From assembly GCA_943788985.1 (NCBI GenBank), contig CALSSJ010000023.1, positions 110,984-174,983 of the forward strand: a DNA stretch of 64,000 bases, in the 5' to 3' direction. Position 1 is the first letter of the stretch; every line of letters begins with the position of its first letter. This DNA comes from an uncultured Lentisphaerales bacterium. Its GTDB lineage: Bacteria > Verrucomicrobiota > Lentisphaeria > JABSQK01 > UBA12247. Under the pieces are notes generated by a model. The model made no database searches and was not told where the DNA came from. It saw only the letters and a list, made by a program, of their open reading frames with translations. The translations under genes were made by a program, and so were the position numbers. Shown here piece after piece: positions 33,933 to 48,900 of the stretch.

Positions 33933-36900
33933 CAGGTTCGCCTCTCCGAGGTTGAGTGCGGCATCCCTGCGGTCCTAAGATGGTCGCTGGAGTCAGCGCC
34001 CCAGCCCACAAGCGCAACTCGTCAACCAGGCCTTCGTAGGTCTCGCCTGCTCGAATTGAAATCGGACCTGGCCCCGACTGCGGTGAGGGAACGCCGCTGG
34101 TCGTTGTCGCGACGAGTTCGCCGTCCACGACCAGTGACAGGGTTCGGGTGGCGAGATCAAACGATCCAGCCACGTGGGTCCAGGTTTCGCCATCACGGGC
34201 AATCGCACTCAAGGATGTCGCAGAGATTTCGTCACCGCCATCGGCTTTCGTAAAGTAAACGGTGACCGTTCCGTCAACGTTCAGGCGCAGTCCTTTGCTG
34301 ACGACTAATACCGGTTCGGTCCCGATCACACGTTGGAACAGGACACCGTCACTGTCCACATCCGGCCGGACCCACATTTCCAAGGTCCAGCTGGGCAGCG
34401 AATAGTCAGCAGAGTTTGGCAATTCCAGATAACCACGGCCATCCAGGCTCAACGCCTTATAGGCATCTGCGGCCGTAGCCAACGGACGACTGTTGCCATC
34501 TGTCGGGTCTGAGCCAAGCGTAATTTCGACGCCATCGGCGAAGCCGTCATCGTCAGTGTCTCCCAGCAGAGGATGAGTGCCCAGTTCCTGCTCCTGACCA
34601 TCTGTGATTCCATCATCATCGGTATCTTCTTCCGGGTCGCTGATCCCGTCATTATCACTATCTTCATCCCGTGGATTCGATCCTGAGAGGAATTCATAGG
34701 CATTGGAGAACCCATCTGTATCGGTGTTGAGGAAGCCGAAGTTGGGGTCTGGCGGCGTGCGGCCAAGCCGGTCCACCGGCGTCACATCATCAAGGAATGT
34801 GGCAGCACGGCCGTACCAGACAGCTCGGGTGTCATAGTCACTATCATCGCCACGGACAATCACGGGGGTTCCGTCCATGACCAGACCGATCGCAACACTC
34901 ATATTGGCACGTGGCCAGGTGTGCAGCTGCGGTGCCCAAGGCTGAAGAATAGCGCTTGGATCGCCATTGGGAATGATGAGGGTATAGAAACCAGGCGCCG
35001 TGACGAGCATGCTTTGGGTAGAACCGCTAACATCGGCAAGAACTGCATAGATCTGGTTTCGTCCAACCTCGAGGTATTGGGCGATATTGACGGTAAACCT
35101 GCCGGTGCCGACGCTGGTCGCCCCGCCCAGGATCTCCTCGCCGTTGATATACAGCTCGAGAATGTCGGAGTTGACCAGATCAAACTCCAGCGGTGCAGTC
35201 CCAGGAATGCGCGCCAACTCGATGTACTTCAGCAAGGCAAGGAATTTTCCGGAGTCCATCATTACGGCGGACCGTGCGCTCTCGGAGCCAATCGAGCCAT
35301 ACGCGAGGAAGTCGCGGAAGATGTGACCAGGATCGTTTACCATGGGCGCATTCAGATTGAGAACTGTCGAAGTGATGGCACCATTGAGCACTCCAGTGCT
35401 CCAGCCGGTGGTATCTGTGTCCGTGACGAACCCATCCACGTTGAGGTCCTGGCGAAAGATTCCGACGTCGTAGGTCGTGTTGTCAGGGAAGGTACTGAGC
35501 TCGTGCTGATCGACCCACCAGTCAGGCAGGCCGTCGCCGTCCGCGTCATTGGACAGTTCGACCGGTGCGAAGTGGCTATTGGTCTGTACAGCTGACAGCG
35601 CACGATCCAAATCCACCGATCTGAGAGCGTCATTAGCGTAGACACCACCATCGTCGAACTGGAAGTAGGCGAGTAGCGTGTAGGCGGATTCGTAAATGTT
35701 GCGTGTGGCGAAGGTGGCTCCGTCCAGTTCCTGCGCGATCAACTCGGGCTCGAACGGTGCGATATTTGCCACGGAATCAGTCACGATCGCTGTATTCAAG
35801 TCATTGGCAATAGCCAGTTCAGGACGTTCTCCATCCCAGATACGGATGTCATCCATGTAGCCGACACCCACTTCGCCAATTTCAAGCGTCACGGGACCGG
35901 TGATCGAGGTGACCGAGTTTTGTTGTGCGATCAATAAGACTCCGTTTCGAACCAGGCGAATGCTGTTGTCCTCCGGGGCCCAGACGATTGCCAGGTGCTC
36001 CCAACGGCCCGGTACAAGCGGGGCAATATGGTCGCCGCCTGCCTCTGCCAGAACGATGTTGCCTCTGCGTAATGAGCCCTGCGGACGGCCGTCGATCAAA
36101 GAGAGGTAGAGGCTATCGCCACTATCAGACTTCAGGGCAATCAAATCGCCCGTCGGGGTGACGTCGCCCCCTGCGTCCAGCCAAACCACATCATCCGATC
36201 CATTATCGGGCGTGTCGGCTGGATCAACCACAATACTGTGGACCGTATCGGTAAGAACAGCAGCCTCAGCAGGAGCTCCGCTGAGAACAACATCGTCGGC
36301 TTCAACGAATCGGCGATCGCCATTATCCAACCAGACGTGATCATAGGGCGATCCACCATCGTTATCATCGACATAGACGACAAAGCTGAGGCCTATCACA
36401 TCGGTGACTTCCCCAGTGGGGGTTCCAACTAGGATAAGATCAGTGGCATCGAGCCCGTCTGCGAGCCAATCCACCCAAGCTGCGTCATTGGCCGAGTCGA
36501 TTGGATCGTTGTAGTAGCTGACTTGGGAAATTTCCCGCGTCGCGTTTACGGTTGGAGTGCCGAGCAAAAGCACGTCCTGATCGGCGCTGTAGGTCAGGTC
36601 GGACGCACTTGGCAGGTACCAAGTTTCAATCGTCCAGCCATTGTCGCCTAGCAGGATATGGTTCGAGTTCACGGGAGATGCGGCACCGCTCAGGCCAGCG
36701 AGGTTCAAACTACCGCGCTGTGCATTCGGGTGACTCTCCGCTCGAATGGGGCTAAAGCCACCGACTGCTTCTTCAAAGTCATTGTGGCCATCATCGTCTG
36801 AGTCCACAAGAGTCGGGTTCGTACCACGTGTGGCTTCCCGACCATTGGTCAGGCCATCCTCGTCATGGTCTTCCTCACCATCTGGAACTCCATTATTGTT

Positions 36901-39900
36901 GGAATCTGCGGCATTGGGATTCAAGCCCAACAGAAATTCGTGCACGTTAGGGACCCCATCGCCATCAGGATCATCGAGCGGGTTGACACTGCGAATAGTG
37001 CCGCCGATGAGATGTTCCCACCAGTCGGGGATGGTGTCGCCGTCGGCATCATCGATTCCGCTCGCACCAAATGCATTATCGCGCGTCACCCAGTCGGCAT
37101 GTTGATCACCGTCGGCATCCAGAACCGAGAAGTCGGTGCTGTTAAGCTGATAGTCTGTGGCTTCCGGCCTTGGATAAGCAAAGACGAAATCTTCGATTGC
37201 CAAGCCGCCATCGTCGAAACGCCAGTAAGCGACCAAGTCCGTGCTGGTTTGGTGAACATCCGCCTGCACGAGCAGTTGGGTGGTCGTCCGGGCGACGCTC
37301 CAGACACGAATCTCGTCCAATAAGCCGTCGGTCAGGGCATGTGCAGAGCTGCCATCGGAACCGATATACAACGTGCCCACTCCGGAGATCCGATCAAGCA
37401 AGCTGGCCGCACCATAGACGTGGGTGCCGTTAATCACCAATTCGATGCCCTGCGTTGCGGCGCTAACCACCACAGCCAAATGGGTCCATTCATCCTCGAC
37501 TAGGGCTTCCGCAACAGCACCGCCAGCAGTCACCAAGTCTCCTTGGACGGTGGTGAAGCGCGCATAGGGATGGCCGCCTTCTAGGCCCAACTCAACAGTT
37601 GACGCGCCGTCAACCACATATGCCAGGATCGCGCCGTCAAGGTCGGAACCCGGAGCAATTTGCAGCTCGAAGGTCATGTCTGTGCTCGGGCGATGGAAAC
37701 GGCCGGACTCTGGCACAATGAGACCGGTGTCGTTGCCAGCGGCAGAAACTACGGCTAGATCCAGAGACAGTGACGGCGTAAATGCCAGGGAGCCGTCTGC
37801 ATTCAGTGGCGCAGCAGCGTCATAATGCGCCATGCTAAACAGCGGACTGGTAATGAGCGCAAAGCTCTCAGTGCCAGTATCAAGCGGATCGCCTGTGACT
37901 TCCAAACGATCATTGACGCCGTCGTCGTCTGTGTCTGCCAGATCAGGGCGAGTGCTCACAGTCTGCTCGGCAATATTGATCAACCCGTCGTCATCCGGAT
38001 CCTCCATGGGGTCCGTGGTTCCGTCGTTATCGGTGTCGTCCACGGTTGGATTGGTACCAGCAAGATACTCGTAGTTATCCCACAGCCCGTCCGAATCGAA
38101 GTCTGTCGGTATCCCATCCGTGCCAAAACCAGCAACGGTGAGGTCATCGAAGTAGAACAATTCCCACGCGTCGGGGATGCCATCGCCATCGAAATCCTCT
38201 TCGCCTGGTGTCGCAATCGCAGCGGTGATAATCGCAGTCCCGCTGAGACGCGCAGATGCCCGTGCATCCTGACGTGCCGTAAAGTCCTCAGCGCCGAGCA
38301 CATAGGGTGTACCACGGTCACCGGCTGCCGGGTCTCCGACGATCAATTGGTCCTTGTTGGCTTCGTAGATCCCATCACCGTCGTCGAGCCAGAGATCGTC
38401 ACCCACATTGTAGTAAATACCATCTGAGTTGTTCGCCAAGGTGGCAAAGGAAAGGATTCCGCTTGCAGCGGTGTCTTCTGCGATTAGGCCGCGAATCACT
38501 GTGTCATTGGCGGAATTGTAGACTCTGTCGCCATCATCTTCCCAAATCGCGTCCGTGGCATCGTAGCCATCGCCCGTTCCATCCAGATACATCAACGCTC
38601 GCAATGCCTGACCATCGTCGAAACGGAAGTCTGCAGCCAGCTGTGTGGTATCATAGGCGCCTGCCGCCACGGCCTGATCACGATTGCCCGCGATGAAATC
38701 TGCGGTAATGATCATGTTCAGTCCGTTCCAGATACGGACATCATCAAGATGCCCAGCAAAACCCATGCCGATCACAAGGTCACCAGTGCCGGTTGCCGGT
38801 ACGGCAGACGTGGCCTCGGTGATGGTGTTCGTAATGAACGTCCCCTCGAGTTCGCCTTCACCCGGCTGATAAGCGATCAAGGTTAAATCACTCGTCCGGA
38901 CCTCGCCGCCAATGATGCTACCGTTCAGAATTACCGCCAAATGGCTCCATTTCTCTGCTGGCAGCGGATCGCCCCCAAGCGTCATGGAGCGGAGCAGGCC
39001 AGATTCGGTCTGGTACTCCACGTACGCATGATTGTCAGCGTCAATCCCGAGCAGGAAGTTGATGTAGCCATCTGCTTCGCGGCGCTTCGATACAATTTCG
39101 CCAGCGCCGGTGCCCGCAGGCCGTACCCAAGCCTCAATGACGCAGGCCTTCAGATCCAGCTTATCCTGTGTTCTATCCCCGCGAACAATGGCAAAGGAAA
39201 CGGCATCGCCAGGCAATTCAAGGACACGAGCAGCACTTGGATCCGTCGAATCAGTTGGATCTGACGTCCCTACTTCTTCCTCTGCGTCCGTCAAACCATC
39301 GTCGTCCGAGTCTGGTGTGGCGGGATTGAGACCTTTGGCGATCTCGTCGCTGTTCAGGAGGCCGTCACCATCCGAGTCTTCGTTGCCATCCAGAATGCCG
39401 TTGTCGTCTGAATCCTGGTCCAGCGGGGACAAATTCAACAGGTACTCGCTGAGGTTTGAAAGACCATCCTGATCAATATCCCCGTCCGCTCCATGATCAC
39501 CGGTAGCATCGCTGGGCGACAGGCCATATGCAGTTTCCCAGCTGTCCGGCAGTCCGTCGCCATCAGAATCGGCCACTGGGTTCGCGGTCTCGGCCCCTAC
39601 GGCGGTGGCGGCTCCAACTGGAATACCGGCATGGAGATCTGCATTACGCCAGTCCCGGACCACGGCAATATTGGTGGCAAGCGGACGGCTGGTAGGTACC
39701 CAGCCGTTTGTGCCCGCGGCAAAGAACGCGCCAATGTTGATGTAGTGACTACCGGTGCTGAGATCGCGAACGACTCCGCTTTGCTCGGGCAACGCGAAGA
39801 CCGCAGCAACATCAGCAACCTCGGTTACAATTGGGCCGTCATCGAAGCGGTACAGCGCTGCCACTTGAAATGGCAGGCCTCGGCTGGTGTCACGAAGTGT

Positions 39901-42900
39901 CTGGATCTCCGCAGTCGACAGTGAACGTTGGGCGATAAAGATGTCGTCAATCAGTCCCGCAACACCTTCACCCGCGCGCTGAATGGTCGGCCCCGCACCG
40001 TTAGTCGCGCTAGAGGCGGCGCTCTCGGCGAAGTTGACGCGGTCACCGTTTACATAGAGGGTCAGGTGATGCGTGGCCGCATCGTACGTTGCACTCAGAT
40101 GTGTCCAAGTCAGCGAGTCCGCAATCAGTCGGATGCCGTAGAGCTTGACCTCGCCGCCAGCGAGAGAGTCATGGTAGGCAATGAATGGATATACACCGGC
40201 TGCCGCATTAGTCGCTGGATTCGCATCGTCGTAGCCGAGGGCAAAATTATGGCGAGCGCTGCCATCGGCGTTACGCAGATCACGCCGCACCAGATAGCCA
40301 GCTGTGTCGCCTGTATCGGGCCGGACCCAGCCGCCCACGGACCAGGAAGTCAACCGGGCTTCTGCGGAACCAAGGCGACCTTCGGCAGGAACGATAAGGT
40401 AAGAATCAGCTGCGCCATTGGTTCGCAGCGCACGTTGCTCATGCGGAAGATTGGCGTCTTCGCCCTGTCCGTTCTCGCGGATCTCACGGGAATCGGCAAC
40501 GCCATCCCCATCCGTATCGACGCGCGATGGTGAGGTGCCCAAGATGCCAATTACTTCACCGTCGCCATTCAGCGCCAATGTCTGCTCGTCCAGGTTACGC
40601 AGGCCGTCTCCGTCGGAGTCCTCGTCAGCATCCAGGATGCCGTTGTTATTGCTGTCGTTCGAGAGCGGGTCGGTACCGAACAGCAGCTCAAAGTAATTGA
40701 CGAGGCCATCATCATCGGAATCCGCAGCAGGTGCCGCCTGCGCGTCGTTCCGGTTCTCAAGGCCATACAGGAAGCGATGCCAGAGAAAATCGCGGGCGTC
40801 AACCGGCGGCTGAATGGTTTCCTCGCCTACAGCACCGTACACATACCACTCATTGCTTGGCAGACGCTGCTGGGCCAGTTCGCCGAATGTCGAGTGAAAC
40901 TCAATTCCGGACACTTCCGTGATTGGAGCCACATCAGCCCAGCCGGCACCATCAGTTTGATAGACCGAGCAGTCGAAATGCCCAATGCCGTTCGCATTCG
41001 AAATCTCAACAGAGGCCCGGAGCCGCGGCGGGGGCTCGCCCTCGAAATCGAACGGAATCACCGTCATACCGGGACCATTGCCACGGTAGTTTGAGACCTG
41101 TTGGCCATTGCCGCTGCGTCGAACCAAAGACACTGGGCTGTCGATGGGCCAGAACAGGGAGTCCTTGGCCGGTAAACGGGTTCCGTTGATGTAGACATCT
41201 TCAATCGTACCATCATGCACGATGGCGATTTGGAATGTTGAACTGGTACTCACCCAACCGTTGCTGTAGTCGCGAACAAAGAAAGCGTTGTCGGGGCCTT
41301 GGCTCAGAACATGCGTATCAACGCCTTGGCTACCGAACGGCGTGTTGCTCAGGCGCCAGCCCTTGGGATAGGCCTGGTAAGCGCCGAGGAAATGGAATTC
41401 TTCCCACCAGTCCGGCAGTCCGTCAAAGTCAGAGTCGTCGGCCGGAGCCCGGAACTCACCCGCGGAAGGCTCGGATCCAGCGGGTGTACCCAAGATAGTT
41501 GCCGCGTCCAGCGAGAACCAATCCGCCGATCCGTCTCCGTCAGTATCGATCACACCAAAGTCTGCCGCTACAATCGCAACCGCCTGGCTCACGGTTAGCC
41601 CGCGGTTTGGCACGGTGAAGTCCTCAATGCTGAGGCCACCATCATCAAAGCGATAGTGCGCTGCAAGACCGGGGGTGCTCCCTTCCAGCAGTAGCTCGCG
41701 GCTCGTGCCAATAATTTCCCCGAATGTACGCAGCGTTGTCCATAGACGCACGTCATCAATCAGCCCTGAGGTAAGGACACGGTCTCCGTCGTCGGTCCCG
41801 GCGCCACCCAGGTAGGCTGCAGAAAGCGCACCGGTAATGCGTCCATCGGGCATGGCCTGTGCAAATTCATTCAGACCATCGATCAACAGCGTAATGCTTC
41901 CTGCCTGTTCATCATAGGCAGCAGCCAAGTGATGCCACTCGCCCTCTTGAAGGACGCCAGCGACGCCGTCGCCACCGGCTTTGTATTCGGCCATGGTTTC
42001 GGATTCGAATCGAGCGTAGGGCCGCCCGTCCTCAATACCGAGCTCGAGGATGGCGCCGCCCCGGATGTCCAAGACCTTCTGGGAGACGATCGCACCGTCC
42101 GCATCGTTGCCACGGTTGAACCACAGTTCGATGGTGGCAAGCCCCGCAGCGAAACGACCACGACGGGGCAATTCAATGCCGCTCCACTGGCGGTTGAGGC
42201 CGGTCATTCCAGCCGCCGCAACTGATAGGTCCAGGCTTTTGGCCTGGAAATATGGTTGTGCCATCGAATAACGTGGGCTGGTCCGGTGCTGGTGATCATC
42301 ACGAGCATACTCGCCCAGATCGCCGTCTCGATAGCCGTCGTCGTCTGTATCTTTTAGGTCAGGCCGGAGGAGACGGTCCATCTCTTGCCCGTTCGACAGT
42401 CCATCGCCATCCTTATCTTCGTCGGCATCATTGATACCGTCAAAGTCGGTGTCTACATGCAGTGGGCTGGTGCCCGACCAATACTCGTAAGCATTGCTCA
42501 GGCCGTCACCGTCTTCGTCAAGATCCCGGTCCGCAGCAGATGCGGGGCTATAGCCAAAGCGAATTTCCCAGAGATCCACAATGTCGTCCCCGTCTTCATC
42601 CAGCAGTGTGATGCCGGAGCCGTCAATGATGCTGGCGCCATTCAGCAGCGTTCCGGCATGGGACCACTCTGTGAGCCAATCACTGTCAATGGTAAAGTCT
42701 TCGACGCCAGGCAAGCTCTGCGAGCTGCTGTCGTCGGCCCGGAAGTAGGCGACGAGCCCGCCAGCGGACGTGCCAATGGCACCTGGCAGGTTCAGCATCC
42801 CACCAGTGCCTACGCGCCCGTCGAGGGCCGGAAGCGCTACAACACTGCCCAAGAGAGCTGCCTTGACGGCCGCATAACTGCCGCCGGGCCGACGGGCGTA

Positions 42901-45900
42901 GACCATGGCGGCAGCACCCGCAACATGCGGGCTGGCCATAGAGGTACCACTTTTCGTTCCGTACTGATCGCCGGGTTCTGTGCTGTAGATGTCGACACCC
43001 GGGGCACCAAGATCAACCGTGGCTACCCCATAGTTTGAGAAGCCCGCCAGGTTGCCGCTGGCATCGATCGCCGCCACAGAGACGATGTTTTCGACCTCGT
43101 AGTTGGCAGGATAGAACGGATTGGCATCGTTGTCACTTCCATTATTGCCAGCTGCAGCCACGAACAGGCTGTTCGCATCGCGAGCCCGGGTAATGGCATC
43201 CTCCAGCGCTTGGCTAAAGCCGCCACCGCCCCAACTATTGTTCGTCAAGGTTGCGCCGTTATCGGTGGCATAATCGACGGCGAGAATCGCACCGGCAGTG
43301 GACCCGGAGCCGGAAGCCCCCAGAAACTTGAGTGCCATGATCCGCACGTCCCAGTTTACGCCTACGACACCGACACCGTTGTTGCCGACGGCACCAATGG
43401 TACCAGCACAATGGGTACCGTGGCTATGGTCGTCATCAGGATCACCATCATTGTTGACGAAGTCGTAGCCGTGGACATCGTCGATGTAGCCATTGCCATC
43501 ATCGTCGATTCCATTCCCCGCGATTTCGCCGGAATTCACCCACATGTTGGCGGCGAGGTCCTCATGATCCCAGTCCACACCCGTGTCGATGACACCAACG
43601 ATAACAGACCGTGCTCCAGTAGAAATGTCCCACGCTTCGGGAGCATCAATATCGATATCGTCCACACCACCTGTCTGGCCGGTGTTATGCAGACCCCAGA
43701 GGCGGTCGAAAGAAGGATCGTTGGCTTGACGGTTGATCGAAATCACGTAGTTGGGCTCGGCGTAGCGCACGCCTGGCGTGCTGCGATACTGGAAGATCTT
43801 TTCCGCCAGCTCGCTGCCGTCCAGAATTCTTACCTGCTGCATACCCGATTGCGACGTTGCCACCACTTCCACGCCCAGCTGTGCCTGAATATCAGCACGA
43901 ACCTCGGCAGACACCGAATCGTCAAATCCAACCAGCAGTTCGTCGGCGACATGATCATGAGAGAGCATTTCGGCAGCAGCGATTGGCGCAACGTTGCTGA
44001 AGGAACGACGCGGTAGTTCGGACCCGTAGCCCTGCGCAATATCAGTGGCAGTGCGTGCTGCTGCCCAAATGCGTACCTCGTCCATCAAGCCACCAAAATA
44101 GAGGTCGCTGTCGCTCCCGTCCCCAATGCCGTCCAGCGGTCCACCGACACTCACGCCGCTGGCGAGGCCTGCAGCGTGGTTGGCAAGCACGGTCAACCGC
44201 GAACGCTGGGCAACTAGGTCTCCAGCAACATACAGGTTCAATTCCCCTGTCTCTGGCTCAAACGTGGCAGCAACATGAGTCCACGTTTCCAGTGGAATGA
44301 GGAATGAGCTGTCTTTCAACCAGACATGCCAGACACCCAGTGCTGGGTCGTGCGTCGTATTCGCTCCGACCGAGTAGCTGCGGATGCTGCCATCAGTTTC
44401 GCGATTGTCGAAGCGTGCGTATGGCACCAGGGCCCCTGACTCAAGACGCAGACCCAACTCGTAGTTGAGATCGCCGTTGCTCAGTAGATTGGTGATCAAC
44501 ACACCACCATCGTCTTCGCCGACTGCAGGCTTGATCATCGCTTCCACAGTCCACGCACTCAGGATATGGCGTGTCTGGTTGGGCACAGCCATCCGGTCAT
44601 CAGTACCATCGAAGGAGAGGACGCGCTGATAGATCGGGCTTAACGAATCGGTTGGATCGCTGGTGAGGTCCTTGGTGTCCTGCGTCGTGGTTTGCCCATT
44701 GTAGTCGTTCGCGCCGGTTACTTCTTCACCGTCTGTCAGCCCGTCGTCGTCGGTATCGACCACGAGTGGAAGTGTCCCGTGCTCCTGCTCCTGCAGGTTG
44801 GTGAGTCCGTCGTTGTCCAAGTCACGCTGTCCGTCATCGATGCTGATATTATTCGTGCGAACCGCATTGGGATCTAGCTCAGCGAGATACTCATAGCGGT
44901 TGGTCAGCCCATCGTCGTCTGGGTCGCCAGTTCCATCATAGGCTGTGGTGCTGCCAAAATGGGCCAGCTCCCACGCATCGGGCAAGCCGTCGCCATCGCT
45001 ATCGGCGGATGGCAGGCGGACGGGAGCGCCGTCAGTAGTGATGGAGGCGTTAACCAGCGTTGGTGCCCCCTTCCAGCCAGTCTCCCAGCCCGGGCTGTTG
45101 ACACCGCTCATGTCCTCAATCCAGCTGCCACCGTCGTCGAAGCGGAAGTAGGCAACCAGATTGCCCGAGCCTGTGAGTCCGGCGCTGCCCAAGCTTCCGC
45201 CAGGAACGGGAACAATGGCCGTGGACCAGAGGGCGACCTCGTCGATCAAGCCCACAAAGTTCTCGCCGACGCGCTGCACGGGCGCACGACGTACGTCTAC
45301 GGTGTTCGACGTCAGACCGGTTGCAGGCGCAGTCCAGTCAGCAACCCCGTTCACATACACGGTGAGCTCCTTGGTCGTGTGGTTATAAGAGCCAGCTACG
45401 TGCTGCCAGGCGCCAGTAGGCAGAGACAGATTGCTGGTCGCCGACCGGGCTACACCATTGCTGTCTTGAAAGCGGGCGTAGACCTGGAAGTTGTTCAGGC
45501 CCAATTCGTAGTTGGCCTGCCCGGCCGTTGTGTTGTCTGCATCGGCCAGATCGTCGATCAACGTGCGGCGCAACAGCACGGCATTCCCGTCTTCTGCACC
45601 CAACTTGACCCACATTTCAATGGTCCAGCTGTCATCGAGTTGATAGTCGAGTGTTGTAGGCAGGCTCAAATAGCCACCGCCGTCCAGCGAGAGAGCGCGG
45701 TTGGTGAATGGCACCCGTGCATCCAATGGATCCTCATCCGCACCATCCTCAACCCCATCGTCATCGGTGTCAGCCAGATCGGCACGGGTGCCGCGTAGTT
45801 GTTCAGCCAAAGCGCTCAGACCGTCGCCATCACGGTCTCGACCGGCGTCTGAGATATCATCGCCGTCGCTGTCTACCGCTAACGGGCTGGTACGATTGTA

Positions 45901-48900
45901 AAACTCGTGCAAAGCCAGCAGTTGATCACCATCGTCATCTGTGGCTGCGCCTAACCCGGTTGGACTCCCAGAATAGAGGTCCTCGTACCAGTCGGAGATT
46001 CCGTCGCCATCGGCGTCATCCGCTGCGATCGACCACGTGACGGCGTTTGCAAGACCGCCAGAGACATGGAGAGGTGCATTCGCTTCGATCACGTCTCCGC
46101 TCTCAACCGCTACGACATAATCGTAGGGGCTGTAGGCAACAGACTCGCCAGCGACCGTTGGGCTTGGGCGCTGATTTGTAGCCGAACCGGGTACGTGGTA
46201 CAGCTGCCAAGCAAAGTCCTCCACCGTGACACCGCCGTCATCGAACCGGTAGTAGGCGACCAAGTCCTGCTGATTGGCCTGAACATAGCCCAAGCGACCA
46301 GCGTCCAGTTCTTCTTGTGAGCGAGCAACAGCCCAGACACGTACCTCATCAAGGCGGGCATCAAGGGCATCGCTACCCATGCTAGCGCCAAACTCGGCAA
46401 AGGCATCGGGGGCGGTGAAGGGTGCAACACCGGCGAGCAGAGGTGCGTTCGTATTTTCAATTTCTGTCGCGTAGTCGTAGACAGTCACGCCATTGACGGT
46501 GAGCGTCAGCGTCTCGGCATCAGCATCCCAGGCACCGGCCACATGCGACCACGTGCCAGCCACCAAAGGCAGCTGGCTGGTGACGCGGTAGGAGATGAAT
46601 ACCGGCGGATTGCTGTTGAACCAAACGTATGGCTTGCCAGCGGCCAGGCCCAACTCATACTGAACCGCACCATTAATCGTGCTTTGCAGAATGCTGCCGT
46701 CTTCCGTACCCGTGTCGGGTTGGACCCAGGCTTCGAGCGTCCAGCTTCCGGCCAACCGGTCGAACCGATCCGCCAGGGGCAGGGTAACCTCACCGGAAAC
46801 GCTGACATCTAGCGCCCGCCCACGGACGTTGGTACCCGACATGCTGAAGCCGGGGTGGGTAAGATCGTCATCCGTTTCGTTCGCGTCAAATTCTTGGCCG
46901 TCCGGAATGCCGTCATCGTCAGTGTCTGCCAGATCGGTACGCGTCCCAAGGGCGGTTTCCTCGACCTGAGTCAGGCCATCACTATCTTGGTCATTCCGCA
47001 GGGCATCCTCGTCGGAAAGAACCGTGCGCCAGGTACCAGCAACGTGTGGAATTGCTGCGTGCCGCCAGCCTTCGAGGTAGTCAATGGCCTGAGCGCTGTC
47101 TTCAGCTGTCTCACCGCCATCACTCAGTCGGTAGAAACTCGACGAGGCGCCGCCTCCGCCGACCTGGGCCGCGATACGCGCGCTCAGGGTCTCGAAGATT
47201 GCGGAGTAGTCGTCGCTGTTGATGAGTACTTCAAGGCCACCGGTGGCGGCCACCAGTTCGGTCACGTCTGGGTTGGTGGATGGGTTGTGGATTGCGTGCA
47301 GAACCACTCTGTCAGCCTTCATCCGCGCAATCACATCAGCGCGGGATTGAAGCGCGCCGCGGTCGCCGTCTTCCGTGTCCTTAATCGGCGCATCGGTCAC
47401 CAGAATCAGAACCGGCGTGGCATTGGAGCGAAAGCCATTGGTGGTAAACTGATCACCATCCAACGCTACCGTGATGCCACCGAGGCCGTCTTCCGCCCAG
47501 TCGCCACCGCCCTGCAGGGGAAGCGGAGTCAACCAGCCGTCAAGAAATTCTTGGGCCGTGCCGTAGAGGCCTGCACCATCGGGGGCCGTGTCCCTGAACC
47601 CACCACCGGTCAAGGTGTCGCTGTAGCGGATGCCACCGATGAGTACGTCCAAATTGCGCGCTTCCAATTCGGTGACAAATGCTGCCACGTTGGTCTTGAC
47701 CCGGGTGATCGGCCCGCCCATACTGCCGGAAACATCAATCACAAAGACTAGGTCAACCGCGCTGGAGGAGCGCTGCTGGCCTGAATCATACCACGTGTAA
47801 ATCGCGGTATCTTCCATCGCACCCGCGTTAATACGCAACTCACTCATGCGGCCAGCGAACGCTTCGCCTGCGTGGGTTTCAACCGGACCAGCACCGGAGG
47901 TAGCCGGTATATCGGCGGCAACCCCAAGCTCGATGGAGTCAACCATGCGCCCGTTGCGGTACTGCGTCATTAGGCCGGTCTCGCTGTTGAACTGTAGGGC
48001 CACGTGCGTCCACTGATTGAGCGGCAGGGCCTGGGTGTCGGTGGTCCCGTATTCGGCGTTGCTTTCTTCGCCATGCACCAGCGCATATGGAATATCGGCA
48101 GCGTCCACAGCCAATTGGAAGCTGTGACGTCCTGCTCCTACGCTGCGGCGTACAATCGTGGCCGGGCCAGATGCGGTCGGATAGACCCAAACACCAACCG
48201 CGACAGAGTCCGTCACATGGTTTAGGCTGCTGGGAATCTCCAGATAATCACCGGCAGCCAGCTCGAGAACGCCGTTCGCAGGGCGAACCGGGCTGTCCGA
48301 ACTGAGCGGATTGGAGTGGCCAATGACTTCGTTGGAATCGGTCACTTCGTCATCATCCGCATCGCTGGTCCATGGCAAGGTTGCAAAGCGCTGCTTGTCG
48401 AAGTTTGTCATGCCGTCGGCAGCTGCAGCCAACTCGTCTCCGTCAGCCGTACCATCGCCATTTGTGTCGGCTTCCAACGGATTGGTGCCTGCGTAGAATT
48501 CCCACAGGTTTGTGAGCGTGTCGCCGTCGGGATCTTCCTGCCCATCGGAGATCTGGTTGTCATCCGTATCGGCGACAGTTGGATCAAGTCCGAGCAGATG
48601 CTCAAAGTAGTCTGGGAGCAGATCTTGATCGCTGTCATCCACAGAGCCGGCGGCCGGCACAAATGGTGCGAACTCAGTAGAGGTCATGGCACCGGCCGTG
48701 ACCGGGAGAGCCAGATCGTCGTTCGCCACGTTGGCGAAGTCGCTGGCAGCAGTGCCGCCATCATCGAAGCGGTAGTTAAGCAGCAATCCGCTGGTACCAG
48801 CCGCCTGCAGTAGGCCAGCCGCGTCAGCCAGCTCAGCACGGAGGCGTGCCACATTCCAAACCCGAATCTCGTCGACAAAACCAGAGGTCAGCTGATGACC

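Noticed and set aside
29919..33990. Programmed ribosomal frameshifting at the giant-gene junctions
   Set aside because: No X XXY YYZ slippery site was seen, the shifts go in opposite directions, and similar errors occur elsewhere in the window. Not strictly excluded.
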